Below are positions 9,314-18,858 of a stretch of 64,000 nucleotides of DNA, piece by piece. The notes beneath the pieces are model-generated. The model was not told the DNA's origin and searched no databases. It saw nothing but the letters and a program-made list of their open reading frames with translations. A program made the position numbers and the translations under genes. Source of the stretch: an uncultured delta proteobacterium (GTDB lineage: Bacteria > Desulfobacterota > Binatia > Binatales > Binataceae); the NCBI GenBank assembly GCA_963711565.1, contig CAVQEQ010000004.1, positions 1,152,001-1,216,000 on the forward strand, written 5' to 3'. Within the stretch, counting starts at the first letter, position 1. Every line of letters begins with the position of its first letter.

Positions 9314-9595
9314 TTAATTCGTTCGCTGGGAATCGAGCAGCTCGGAGGCGACTTTCATAATCTCCGGGATAGCTTCTTGTGGAAATGGGCCGTAGGTCTG
9401 CGAGATCTCCTCGGTGCTCATGCCTTCAGCCAGACAGGCGAGCACGAACGAGACCGACAGACGCGTGCCTCGGACCGCGAGCTTGCCGCCCAGCAGGTCT
9501 GCGTCGCGGACAATCCAGTTGTACTTCTTGTAAGCTGCGGGCTTCCAGTCGCGCATCGCCTTCACCGCCGCTGATTTTACACCGGCTCCATTCAC
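9314..9595 (-). CDS. DUF433 domain protein (putative antitoxin)
   Basis: IVRDADLLGGKLAVRGTRLSV...LAEGMSTEEISQTYG matches the DUF433 pattern. Confidence 0.85.
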   Translation of the reverse strand: MNGAGVKSAAVKAMRDWKPAAYKKYNWIVRDADLLGGKLAVRGTRLSVSFVLACLAEGMSTEEISQTYGPFPQEAIPEIMKVASELLDSQRTN

Positions 9596-9609
9596 AGAGC
9601 GATTGGTAG

Positions 9610-11004
9610 CTACTTGCCGGCCGCCGTGCTCGCAGGAGCGGACGGTGTGGGTTGCTGCGCCGTCATCAGGCGCTGCGCGTAGGGCATGATCGTCGTGAAC
9701 AGATCGACTTGCGAATCGAGCGATTTGCCCAGCCCGCTCAGCAGACCCATCATGCGGCCGACCAGCAGCACGTCGGCGGGAACTTCGACGATAGGGTTGG
9801 CGCGGATCGCACGCGGCAGTTCTTCGTTGAACTGCTCGATCAGGTCCTTGTCGGCATAAGCCTTCTTCGACTTGATAGTGCTTCCGAGAAAGAGGTCCGC
9901 AAATGCCAGCAGCGTGTCGGGATTGCCGTTGCGCGTGCGAAAGCCAAGCTCCTGGAACGCGGCGATGATGCCGTCGCGATTCGACGTGAGAATCGAGAAC
10001 GTCAGCCGCACGATTCCGTCGCGGAACGTCGGCGGGAAATCCTTGGCCAGGCCGAAATCGAGCAGCACGATTTTCGGGCCGGGCTGAACCAGGATGTTCC
10101 CGGGATGCGGGTCGGCGTGGAAAAAGCCGTCGCGCAAAACCTGGTCGCAGAAAATCTCGATCAGCTTCTGCGCCACCAGATGCTTGTCGATGCCCGCGCG
10201 CTCGAGGCCGTCGATATCGGTCACCTTGATACCCTCGGCCAGTTCCATCGTGAGCACGCGCCGCGTCGTGAACTCGCGATAAACCTCAGGCACCAGCACG
10301 AAAGAATCCGCGGCGAAGTTCGCGCGCATCGTCGCCGAGTTGTCGGCCTCGTGGATGAAGTCCAGCTCCATCGGCACGTACTTGAGCGCCTCGCGCATCA
10401 GGACGCGATAATCGAAGTCGCGCTCGAGCTTCGCGAGCCAGTAGAGCACCGTCGTCATGTTGCGGAGATCGGCGCGCACGATGCCGTCGATCCCGGGATA
10501 CTGCACCTTCACCGCGCATCGGCGGCCGTCGTGAAGGCGCGCCTGATGCACCTGCGCGAGCGACGCCGACGCGATCGGCGCGGGATCGAACTCGGTGTAA
10601 ACTGCCTCGAGCGGACGGCGCAGTTCGCGCTCGATCTGCTCGCGGATCATCGCAAACGGGCGCGGCGGAACGCGATCGTGCAGGCCCGACAGCGTCGATA
10701 CCCATTCGTCGGGCAGCACGTCGGCGCGAGTCGCGATAAACTGGCACGCCTTGATCAACAAGCCTTCGAGCCTGAGCGCGCTACGGTTGAGCGCTTGCGC
10801 GGCGCGCAAGTCCTGGCGGCGATAGAGTTCCGCCTTGTTCCTGTCGCTGACGAACCGCGTCCAGAGCTGGGTGCCTTTGTAGCCCACGTACACGTACGCC
10901 GCGAGCCATACGACGTTCGAAAAGCGCCACGCGCGCGTCGCCAGTCCGGGTTCGGGCACATCGGCGGGAAAATCGAAATTGCGATCGAGGCTCGTGTTGC
11001 TCAT
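9610..11004 (-). CDS. ABC1/UbiB (AarF) family atypical kinase
   Basis: LIKACQ, ASASLAQVH, AVKVQYPG, FFHADPHPGN, LLDFG. Confidence 0.93.
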   Translation of the reverse strand: MSNTSLDRNFDFPADVPEPGLATRAWRFSNVVWLAAYVYVGYKGTQLWTRFVSDRNKAELYRRQDLRAAQALNRSALRLEGLLIKACQFIATRADVLPDEWVSTLSGLHDRVPPRPFAMIREQIERELRRPLEAVYTEFDPAPIASASLAQVHQARLHDGRRCAVKVQYPGIDGIVRADLRNMTTVLYWLAKLERDFDYRVLMREALKYVPMELDFIHEADNSATMRANFAADSFVLVPEVYREFTTRRVLTMELAEGIKVTDIDGLERAGIDKHLVAQKLIEIFCDQVLRDGFFHADPHPGNILVQPGPKIVLLDFGLAKDFPPTFRDGIVRLTFSILTSNRDGIIAAFQELGFRTRNGNPDTLLAFADLFLGSTIKSKKAYADKDLIEQFNEELPRAIRANPIVEVPADVLLVGRMMGLLSGLGKSLDSQVDLFTTIMPYAQRLMTAQQPTPSAPASTAAGK

Positions 11005-11088
11005 GCGAAAGGTTCGGACGATCCTGATGCTACGTCATGCGGGCCATTCTGAGAACCGGTCAGCCAGTTTAGCTTTGCTACAGAGCGC

Positions 11089-11118
11089 TTGACTGATCGT
11101 CAGGCACAGGAATATTGT
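11089..11118 (+). promoter_or_regulatory. putative sigma70 promoter
   Basis: TTGACT-18 nt-TATTGT directly upstream of the structured leader. Confidence 0.45.
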
Positions 11119-11124
11119 GTGCCC

Positions 11125-11243
11125 ATGAAGTCGAGTGGCAATGTACGTCGCGTCCCCAATTCAACAAAGGTCCTCGTGAATTGAGACGGACATTGATACT
11201 TGGCTCTAAAAAGCCCCGGGCGCTTGCGAGCCCCGGGGCTTTT
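11125..11243 (+). ncRNA. putative structured leader RNA or sRNA (long interrupted hairpin plus terminator)
   Basis: Nested pairings AGTCGAGT/ACTTGGCT, CAATGT/ACATTG, CGTC/GACG, CAATTCA/TGAATTG, followed by an intrinsic terminator. Confidence 0.5.
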
Positions 11244-11249
11244 GCTTTT
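11209..11249 (+). terminator. intrinsic terminator upstream of the MFS gene
   Basis: AAAAGCCCCGGG-cgcttgcgagc-CCCGGGGCTTTT followed by GCTTTT. Confidence 0.8.
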
Positions 11250-11277
11250 GGCGCGCCAGACTGGGTGGGAAATTTCG

Positions 11278-12531
11278 GTGGAATTCGCGCGACCGCATGC
11301 TCCGACGATTCGCGATATCACTCGCCGCTACTACACGGTATGGGGCATGTACTCGTTCGCCGGCGGCTTCCTGTTCGGCGTCTATCCGATCTTCCTGCAC
11401 TCGCGCGGCCTCAACCAGTTCCAGATAAACAGCGTCCTCGCGACGTACTTCGTCGTCCTGTTCCTGACCGACGTGCCCACCGGCGCTTTCGCCGACCTGC
11501 TCGGCCGCCGCCGCTCGTTCGTGCTGGGCGCGTCGCTGAGAGTCGCCGCCTTCCTCCTGTATTTCGTCGCCCATCATTATTATGTGTTCATTATCGCCGA
11601 GAGCATCGACGGTATCGGCACAACCTTCGGCAATGGCGCGATTGACGCGTGGGGCGTCGACGCGCTCGACGAGGCCGGCTACGACGGCCTCAAGGATCGG
11701 CTCTTCTCGCGCATCTCGCAATTGACGACGCTCGGCTTCATGGGTTCGGCGATGATCGGCGCTTACGTCGCCGACATGAATATCGCATGGCCGTGGATTC
11801 TCGGCGCGTGCGGCTACGTGGTCGCCGGCATTGTCGGCGCAATCCTGATGCACGACGAGCGTCCGCGCGCCGTGAACGTGCGGATTGCGGCGATCCCGCT
11901 CCAGGTCGCGTCGCGGATCACTGAAGGCATCCGCTCGGGATTCAATGCGCCGACGGTGCTGATGCTGAGTGCGGCCGGCGCAATCACAGTTGGGGCGTGG
12001 GCGCCGTACTGGGTTTCGTGGCCGATAATGTTCAACCAGAGCCTCGGGGTCGGCGTCTGGATTATCGGATGGATCTATTGCGGCCTGGCGTCGGCGCGGC
12101 TTATAGGCGCGGAGGTAAGCGCGCGGTTCATCCTCGATGAGGCGCAGCGCGCGGCGCGGGTCAGCATGCTGGTGATCGCGGCGAGCGCGATGCTGTTCCT
12201 TGCGGGATTGTTCGGCGGCCGCCCTGTGATCTCACTGTCGATGCTGTTCGTCATGAACCTGTTCACGGGCGCGATGATGCCGCTGGTGCAAAGCTGGTTC
12301 AACGAGCAGGTCGAATCCGTGAATCGCGCGACACTACTGTCATTCCGTTCCACCTTCGAGACGATGGGCGGCTCGATCGGCCTGCTGTTCGCCGGCCGAA
12401 TCGCCGACACCGCCGGCATCCCCTTCGAATGGCAAATCGCAGGCCTGATCTCGCTATGCGCAGCCCCGGTGTACTGGGCGATGCGCCGTCGCGAACTCGC
12501 AGAAGTCGCACTGGCAGGCTCGGCAAAATAA
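11278..12531 (+). CDS. MFS transporter (probable exporter)
   Basis: About 12 hydrophobic segments; DVPTGAFADLLGRRRS motif A; start codon uncertain. Confidence 0.9.
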   Translation: MEFARPHAPTIRDITRRYYTVWGMYSFAGGFLFGVYPIFLHSRGLNQFQINSVLATYFVVLFLTDVPTGAFADLLGRRRSFVLGASLRVAAFLLYFVAHHYYVFIIAESIDGIGTTFGNGAIDAWGVDALDEAGYDGLKDRLFSRISQLTTLGFMGSAMIGAYVADMNIAWPWILGACGYVVAGIVGAILMHDERPRAVNVRIAAIPLQVASRITEGIRSGFNAPTVLMLSAAGAITVGAWAPYWVSWPIMFNQSLGVGVWIIGWIYCGLASARLIGAEVSARFILDEAQRAARVSMLVIAASAMLFLAGLFGGRPVISLSMLFVMNLFTGAMMPLVQSWFNEQVESVNRATLLSFRSTFETMGGSIGLLFAGRIADTAGIPFEWQIAGLISLCAAPVYWAMRRRELAEVALAGSAK

Positions 12532-12566
12532 GTCTGTCATCCGACCGCTCGAGCATGCGCTCCCTC

Positions 12567-12671
12567 TCTGTCATTCCGACGACGGGAGCGAATGCGACGG
12601 GAGGAGGAACCTCGGACAGCTTCGCGCACGCGAAGCCGGTTCCGGTTTTGAAATCGCGCAGCGCTCCTTCG
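12567..12671 (+). repeat. REP-like element family D, copy 2
   Basis: TCTGTCATTCCGACGACGGGAGCG...GCGCTCCTTCG, near-identical to the reverse complement of 5595-5700. Confidence 0.85.
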
Positions 12672-12780
12672 CGGCGTCGCTCGCGCTCTCGAGTTGGTCC
12701 GTCGCCGCATCCAACGCTTAACGACGGATCAGCAAGAGAGCGAGCGTCGAAGTAGCGTGCGTGCAGCTTGAATCGCAGAA

Positions 12781-12838
12781 CCCTCACCGCAGGCCGCGAT
12801 GCGGCCGGCCGCCTCTCCCGTAACATAACGGGCGAGGT
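12781..12838 (+). repeat. REP-like palindrome family C
   Basis: CCCTCACC...CCTCTCCCG...CGGGCGAGG, same layout as 7853-7923. Confidence 0.65.
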
Positions 12839-12903
12839 AATTCCGCCGCCGCCTCTTCCCCAAACCTGAGAGGGAAATGTCGTCCTCGACATTTCGCGAT
12901 TAT

Positions 12904-12970
12904 CACCGGGTGCAGGGGTCACCCCTGCCCAAGGAAGCGTGAAACCCATGGAAGGGTTTCACATTCAATA
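12904..12970 (+). repeat. two-hairpin element family A, copy 2
   Basis: CACCGGGTGCAGGGGTCACCCCTGCCCAAGGAAGCGTGAAACCCATGGAAGGGTTTCACATTCAATA. Confidence 0.9.
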
Positions 12971-13042
12971 CGTTCCTTACGTTCCTTTTCGCCGCGTCCC
13001 TACTAGCGGCGTAGGCGGGCGTCCGTTAAAACTTATAGTTCA

Positions 13043-14248
13043 ATGGATTTCCCACGAATCAAGCGGCTGCCACCCTACGTCTTCAACGCCATCGGAGACC
13101 TGTGCCTGAAGGCGCGCCGTGCCGGCGAGGACATAATCGATTTCGGGATGGGAAATCCCGACGAGGCGACGCCACCGCACATCGTGGCGAAGCTGGTCGA
13201 GGCGGCCACCAAGAACGCCAATCATCGCTACTCGGTCTCGCGCGGCGTGTACAAGCTGCGGCTGGCGATTTGCGATTGGTACAAGCGGCGCTATGGCGTC
13301 GAGCTCGATCCCGATTCGGAAGCGATCGTCACGATTGGATCGAAGGAGGGCATCGCGCACCTAGCGCTCGCGATTCTCGACCAGGGCGACGTGGTGCTCG
13401 CGCCGACGCCGACCTATCCGATCCATCAGTACGGATGCATCATTGCGGGCGCGCAGGTGCAGGGCGTGCCGATTCGGCGCGGCGAGGAATTTTTCGACGA
13501 GCTGATGGCGACGGTCAATCGATGCTGGCCGCGGCCGAAGTTTCTCATCATGAATTTCCCGCATAACCCGACCACCGCTACCGTCGATTTGCATTTCATG
13601 AGTAGGGTGGTCGAGTTCGCGCGCGAAAACGACATCATGGTCGCGCAGGATTTCGCGTACGCGGACCTGTGTTTCGACGGCTACAAGGCGCCGTCGATGA
13701 TGCAGGTGGCCGGCGCAAAAGACATCGGCGTCGAATTCTTCACGCTGTCGAAAAGCTACAACATGCCCGGCTGGCGCGTCGGCTTCGCAGTCGGCAATCG
13801 CGAGATGATCGCGGCGCTGGGACGGCTGAAGTCGTACTTCGACTACGGGATGTTCGCGCCGGTGCAGGTGGCGGCGATCGCGGCGCTCAACGGACCGCAG
13901 GAATGCGTCGCGCAGATTAATGCGACGTACAAGAATCGGCGCGACGTGCTGATCGACGGCCTCAATCGCGCCGGATGGCCGGTCGAGAAGCCGAAGGCGA
14001 CGATGTTCGTATGGGCGCCGATTCCGGAGCCGTTTCGCGCGATGGGTTCGCTCGAGTTCGCCAAGTTCCTGCTCGCCGAGGCCAAGGTCGCGGTCTCGCC
14101 GGGGATCGGCTTCGGCCAGGACGGCGACGGCTTCGTGCGCTTCGCGCTGATCGAGAACGAGCATCGCACGCGCCAGGCGCTCCGCGGAATCCGCCACGCG
14201 CTCCGCGCCGGCCACGCAGAAATTCCGCGCGCGGCCAGCGGCTCCTGA
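13043..14248 (+). CDS. alaC: PLP-dependent class I/II aminotransferase, AlaC-like
   Basis: [45 protein letters not shown]; precedes hom-thrC. Confidence 0.8.
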   Translation: MDFPRIKRLPPYVFNAIGDLCLKARRAGEDIIDFGMGNPDEATPPHIVAKLVEAATKNANHRYSVSRGVYKLRLAICDWYKRRYGVELDPDSEAIVTIGSKEGIAHLALAILDQGDVVLAPTPTYPIHQYGCIIAGAQVQGVPIRRGEEFFDELMATVNRCWPRPKFLIMNFPHNPTTATVDLHFMSRVVEFARENDIMVAQDFAYADLCFDGYKAPSMMQVAGAKDIGVEFFTLSKSYNMPGWRVGFAVGNREMIAALGRLKSYFDYGMFAPVQVAAIAALNGPQECVAQINATYKNRRDVLIDGLNRAGWPVEKPKATMFVWAPIPEPFRAMGSLEFAKFLLAEAKVAVSPGIGFGQDGDGFVRFALIENEHRTRQALRGIRHALRAGHAEIPRAASGS

Positions 14249-14276
14249 GCGCAATCACAAAAGCATCGGGGAAGAA

Positions 14277-15584
14277 TTGAAACCGGTACGGATTGCCCTG
14301 CTCGGATGCGGAACCGTGGGCGGCGGCGTCGTCAAGCTGCTGCTGCGCAACCCCGACAAGTACGAGCGCATCCTCGGCGCGCCGCTCGAGCTGGCGGTGG
14401 TCGCTGATCGAAGCCTCAAGCCCGACGATGTGCCCGGCCTGCCGGCAAAGCTGATCACGCGTGACGCGATAGCGGCGGTGACGCGTCCCGACATCGACAT
14501 TGTGGTCGAGCTGTTCGGCGGTCACGAGCCTGCCCGCGCCTTGATCATGAAAGCGCTCGCGGCGGGCAAGGACGTCGTTACCGGCAACAAGGCGTTGCTC
14601 GCGGAGCATGGCGGCGAGATTTTTCGCGAGGCGGGCAAGCATGGGCTCGCGGTCGGTTTCGAGGCGAGCGTCGGTGGCGGCGTGCCCATAATCCGCACGC
14701 TGCGCGAGGCGCTGGCGGGAGACCGGCAACGCGCCGTTTATGGAATCGTCAACGGCACCTGCAATTCGATCCTCACTACGATGACCGAGAACGGCGTCGA
14801 GTTCGGCACCGCCCTGGCCGACGCGCAGGCCAAGGGCCTGGCCGAGGCGAATCCCGCGACCGATGTCGAAGGCCATGACTCTGCCCACAAACTCTGCCTG
14901 CTCGTGACGCTGGCGTTTGGCGTGCTCGTAAAGCCGGCGCAGATCTATACGGAAGGCATCACGCGAATCACGCAGGCGGATATCGAATATGCGCGCGAAC
15001 TTGGATGCGTGATCAAGCTGCTCGCGATCGGCAAGGACGACGACGGCGCGGTCGAGGCTCGCGTGCATCCCACGATGATTCCCGAGCGCCATCTGCTGGC
15101 GGGCGTCGGCGGCGCGTACAACGCGATCTATATCCACGGCGATGCGCTTGGCGCGACAATGTATTCGGGGCTCGGCGCGGGCGAAATGCCGTCGGCGACT
15201 GCGGTGATGGCCGATATACTGGAAATCGCGCGGCATCGGATGGCCGAAGGATCGGCGCGCACGCACGCATTTGGATTTCCGATTCGTCTGATGAAGGGCG
15301 CCAGTGTCAAGCCGATGGACGACGTGGTATGCGAGTATTACCTGCGCTTCACGGCGCGCGATAAGCCGGGGGTGCTCGGCGCGATCGCGTCCGTGCTGGG
15401 CAAGCACGGGCTGTCGATCGCGTCGGTGATCCAGAAGGATCGCGGAAAGGCATCGACCGTGCCGGTGATCATGCGAACTCACGGCGCGCCCGAGCGCAGC
15501 CTGAAGCGCGCGCTGGCGGAGATGCGAAAGAAGAAGATCGTGCAATCGGCACCCGCGTTTATCCGAATCGAGGAGAAGCTTTAG
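14277..15584 (+). CDS. hom: homoserine dehydrogenase with C-terminal ACT domain
   Basis: GCGTVGGG, NKALLA, FEASVGGGVPII, GIVNGTCN, DVEGHDSAHK, DKPGVL. Confidence 0.96.
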   Translation: MKPVRIALLGCGTVGGGVVKLLLRNPDKYERILGAPLELAVVADRSLKPDDVPGLPAKLITRDAIAAVTRPDIDIVVELFGGHEPARALIMKALAAGKDVVTGNKALLAEHGGEIFREAGKHGLAVGFEASVGGGVPIIRTLREALAGDRQRAVYGIVNGTCNSILTTMTENGVEFGTALADAQAKGLAEANPATDVEGHDSAHKLCLLVTLAFGVLVKPAQIYTEGITRITQADIEYARELGCVIKLLAIGKDDDGAVEARVHPTMIPERHLLAGVGGAYNAIYIHGDALGATMYSGLGAGEMPSATAVMADILEIARHRMAEGSARTHAFGFPIRLMKGASVKPMDDVVCEYYLRFTARDKPGVLGAIASVLGKHGLSIASVIQKDRGKASTVPVIMRTHGAPERSLKRALAEMRKKKIVQSAPAFIRIEEKL

Positions 15585-15587
15585 GCG

Positions 15588-16691
15588 ATGGCGTCGGACT
15601 CGAAGAGCGAATCGAAAAATCGGCGGCTGTTTCACTGGCCCGGGCTCATCGAGCATTACCGGCGCTTCCTGCCGGTGACCGATTCGACCCCGGTCGTCAC
15701 GCTCAACGAGGGCAACACCCCGCTAATCGAGGCGCCCGCGATCGCCGAGCGGCTCGGATTAAACATCAAGGTTTACTTTAAGTTCGAAGGCGCCAATCCG
15801 ACCGGCTCGTTCAAGGACCGCGGCATGACGCTGGCGATTTCGAAGGCGCTGGGCGAGGGCGCTCGCGCCGTGATTTGTGCCTCGACCGGCAACACGGCGG
15901 CGTCCGCGGCCGCATACGCGGGACGCGCCGGGCTGAAGGCATTCGTGCTGATTCCCAAGGGCGCGGTCGCGCTCGGCAAGTTGTCGCAGAGCGTGATGCA
16001 TGGCGCGCGCGTGCTCGAGGTGATCGGTAACTTCGACATCTGCTTGAAGGTCGTGCGCGATCTCGCCGAGCGCGACCCGTTGGGGATTCGGCTGGTCAAC
16101 AGCGTCAATCCGGATCGAATCGCGGGGCAGAAGACGGCGGCGTTCGAGATTTGCGATCAGCTCGGCGACGCGCCGACGCATCATTTTCTGCCGGTCGGCA
16201 ACGCCGGCAATATCACTGCGTACTGGGCGGGCTACCAGGAATACAAGTCGGTGGGGCTCAGCGAGCGCATCCCGAAGATGATGGGCTACCAGGCGGCCGA
16301 GTCGGCGCCGATTGTCATCGGCCATCCGATCGACGATCCGCACACCGTGGCGACGGCAATCAAGATCGGCAATCCCGCGAGCTGGAAGGGCGCGACCGAC
16401 GCGCGCGACCAGTCGAGCGGGATCATCGACGTGGTCACCGATTCGGAGATCCTCGCGGCGTATCGGCTGATCGCGGCGGGCGGTATCTTCGCGGAGCCGG
16501 CGTCGGCGGCGTCTGTCGCAGGGCTATTGAAATACGCGGGTGCGGGATTGCTTAAGCCGGGGTCAGTGGTCGTATGCACGCTCACCGGCCACGGCCTGAA
16601 AGATCCTGACACGGCGCTCAAAAATCTAAGTAACACGATCGTGGTCGAACCCGACATCGCGAAAGTGCTGAAAATCCTGGAGCGCGAGTAA
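15588..16691 (+). CDS. thrC: threonine synthase
   Basis: [40 protein letters not shown]. Confidence 0.96.
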   Translation: MASDSKSESKNRRLFHWPGLIEHYRRFLPVTDSTPVVTLNEGNTPLIEAPAIAERLGLNIKVYFKFEGANPTGSFKDRGMTLAISKALGEGARAVICASTGNTAASAAAYAGRAGLKAFVLIPKGAVALGKLSQSVMHGARVLEVIGNFDICLKVVRDLAERDPLGIRLVNSVNPDRIAGQKTAAFEICDQLGDAPTHHFLPVGNAGNITAYWAGYQEYKSVGLSERIPKMMGYQAAESAPIVIGHPIDDPHTVATAIKIGNPASWKGATDARDQSSGIIDVVTDSEILAAYRLIAAGGIFAEPASAASVAGLLKYAGAGLLKPGSVVVCTLTGHGLKDPDTALKNLSNTIVVEPDIAKVLKILERE

Positions 16692-16699
16692 GCTGTGCC

Positions 16700-17614
16700 A
16701 TGAACAAGGAACGAGCCGACGAACTCGCGATGTTTGGCACCGCGCTCGAGATCGCCGATCTTCATCCCAACGAGATCAGCCTGCCGGAGGACCATCAGCT
16801 GATCGTCGGCGCGATGCGCTTTCATTATCTCGACTGGGGCGGATCGGGCACGCCGATCCTGTTCCTGCACGGCGGCGGCCTTAACGCGCATACCTGGGAT
16901 TGCGTAGCGGTAATGCTGCGCGAAGGTTATCGATGCATCGCGTTGGATCAGCGTGGTCATGGCGATAGCGAGTGGTCACCGGTGCTCGACTATCGGTTCA
17001 TCGCCCACGCCGGCGATATCGAGGGGTTTATCGAGGCGACGCGATTGGAACGGCCAATCCTGGTTGGACAGTCGATGGGAGGTCTCAATTCGCTCGCCTA
17101 CGCGACGCGGCACAGCGACCAGATGCGAGCGATGGTTATCGTCGATGTGGCGCCGGAGGTCAGCTCCTCAGGCGCGGAGAGGATTCGCGCATTCACCGCA
17201 ACTCCCGAGCTGGATTCGCCTGAGGCATTTCTCGAGCGCGCCGTAAAATTCAACCCACTGCGAGATCCCGCGGTGTTGCGTCGCAGCCTTTACTACAATT
17301 TGCGCCAGACACCGGTGGGGAAATGGACGTTCAAACACGATCAGCGACTACGGTCCGATGAAGGGATGCGCTCCTTTAGCGAGGCTCGCGTGCGGCTCGC
17401 GTCAGAACTCTCCAGCATCAGATGTCCAACGCTGGTGGTGCGGGGAGCGTTGAGCGATATCCTTACCGATGACGCCGCGGAGAAGTTCGCGCGCTCGCTT
17501 CCCGACGGGCGATGGGTGCGGGTCGAGAAGTCGGGTCACAACGTGCAGGGCGACAATCCGCGCGCGCTGCTTGATGCGATGCTCGCGTTTTTCCGCGAAG
17601 CAGGAATCTCCTGA
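16700..17614 (+). CDS. alpha/beta fold hydrolase
   Basis: FLHGGG, DQRGHG, GQSMGG, SGHNV. Confidence 0.9.
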   Translation: MNKERADELAMFGTALEIADLHPNEISLPEDHQLIVGAMRFHYLDWGGSGTPILFLHGGGLNAHTWDCVAVMLREGYRCIALDQRGHGDSEWSPVLDYRFIAHAGDIEGFIEATRLERPILVGQSMGGLNSLAYATRHSDQMRAMVIVDVAPEVSSSGAERIRAFTATPELDSPEAFLERAVKFNPLRDPAVLRRSLYYNLRQTPVGKWTFKHDQRLRSDEGMRSFSEARVRLASELSSIRCPTLVVRGALSDILTDDAAEKFARSLPDGRWVRVEKSGHNVQGDNPRALLDAMLAFFREAGIS

Positions 17615-18843
17615 TGAAATACATCATCATACACGGCGACGGGATGGCTGATTGGGCGTGCGAAGAACTCGGCGGCAAAACTCCGCTAGCTGCTGCGCAT
17701 AAGCCCAACATGGACTTGCTCGCGACGCGCGGGACGCTCGGGATGGTCGCGACGATTCCCAAGGGCATGCCGTCGGGGAGCGACGTTGGCACCATGACGA
17801 TGCTCGGCTACGACCCGGCGCGTTATCACACCGGCCGCGCGCCGATCGAAGCGGCGAGCATGGGAATCGAGATGGGGCCGCGCGACGTGGTGTTCCGCAT
17901 GAATCTCGTATCGCTGAAGCCGGGCGACGCCGGCGCGATGATCATGAACGACTTCACCTCGGGCCATATCACCAGCGACGAGGCCGCGCTGATCGTCGCG
18001 GACCTGCGCAAGGAACTCGCCGGCGACGGTATCGAATTTTTCAACGGCGTCAGCTACCGGCACCTGATGATGTGGCGGGGCGGCATCGCGACGACGCATC
18101 TCACGCCTCCGCACGACATCACCGGCAAGACTGTCGAGGAACATCTGCCGAAAGGCGCGGGCGCCGATTTGCTGCGCGATCTGACGCGGCGCTCGCGCGA
18201 GATTTTGCGCGAGCATCCGGTGAACAAGGCGCGACGCGCCGCCGGCAAAGCCGAGGCAACGTCAGTATGGTTTTGGGGGCAGGGCACGCGACCGTCAGTG
18301 CCGACATTGAAGGAGCGCTTCGGCGTCGATGGCTCGGTGATATCTGCCGTCGATCTCGTCAACGGCCTCGGCAGGCTCGCTGGACTCAATTTGATCAAGG
18401 TGCCGGGCGCGACCGGATTTCTCGATACCGATTACGCCGCAAAAGGGCGCTACGGTCTCGAATCGCTCAAGTCGCGCGACTTCCTGCTGCTGCATATCGA
18501 GGCGCCCGACGAGGCCGGTCACATGGGCCGCGCCGATCTCAAAAAGGAAGCGATCGAGCGCATCGACGAGTTGATCATCGGCCCGATGCTCGCGGGGCTT
18601 GGCGCACTTGGCGATTTCGCAATTCTGCTGATGCCCGATCACGCGACGCCGAGCCAGCTCAAGACTCATTCGCCGGAGCCGGTCCCGTTCGCACTGATGA
18701 CCTCGGCGCAATTCAAGTCGGGCGGCGGCGCGCCGCATCGCTACACCGAAGAGGAAGGCGCAGCGACCGGCGTACTCGTCGGCGACGGCTATCACCTGAT
18801 AGAATCGCTGTTCGGCAGCCCCTTGAAGACTACGTCGAATTGA
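17614..18843 (+). CDS. apgM: cofactor-independent phosphoglycerate mutase, archaeal/ApgM type
   Basis: GDGMAD, GKTPL, PSGSDVG (phospho-Ser), HIEAPDEAGH, PDHATP. Confidence 0.88.
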   Translation: MKYIIIHGDGMADWACEELGGKTPLAAAHKPNMDLLATRGTLGMVATIPKGMPSGSDVGTMTMLGYDPARYHTGRAPIEAASMGIEMGPRDVVFRMNLVSLKPGDAGAMIMNDFTSGHITSDEAALIVADLRKELAGDGIEFFNGVSYRHLMMWRGGIATTHLTPPHDITGKTVEEHLPKGAGADLLRDLTRRSREILREHPVNKARRAAGKAEATSVWFWGQGTRPSVPTLKERFGVDGSVISAVDLVNGLGRLAGLNLIKVPGATGFLDTDYAAKGRYGLESLKSRDFLLLHIEAPDEAGHMGRADLKKEAIERIDELIIGPMLAGLGALGDFAILLMPDHATPSQLKTHSPEPVPFALMTSAQFKSGGGAPHRYTEEEGAATGVLVGDGYHLIESLFGSPLKTTSN

Positions 18844-18858
18844 CCTGGAGGCCCCTGG

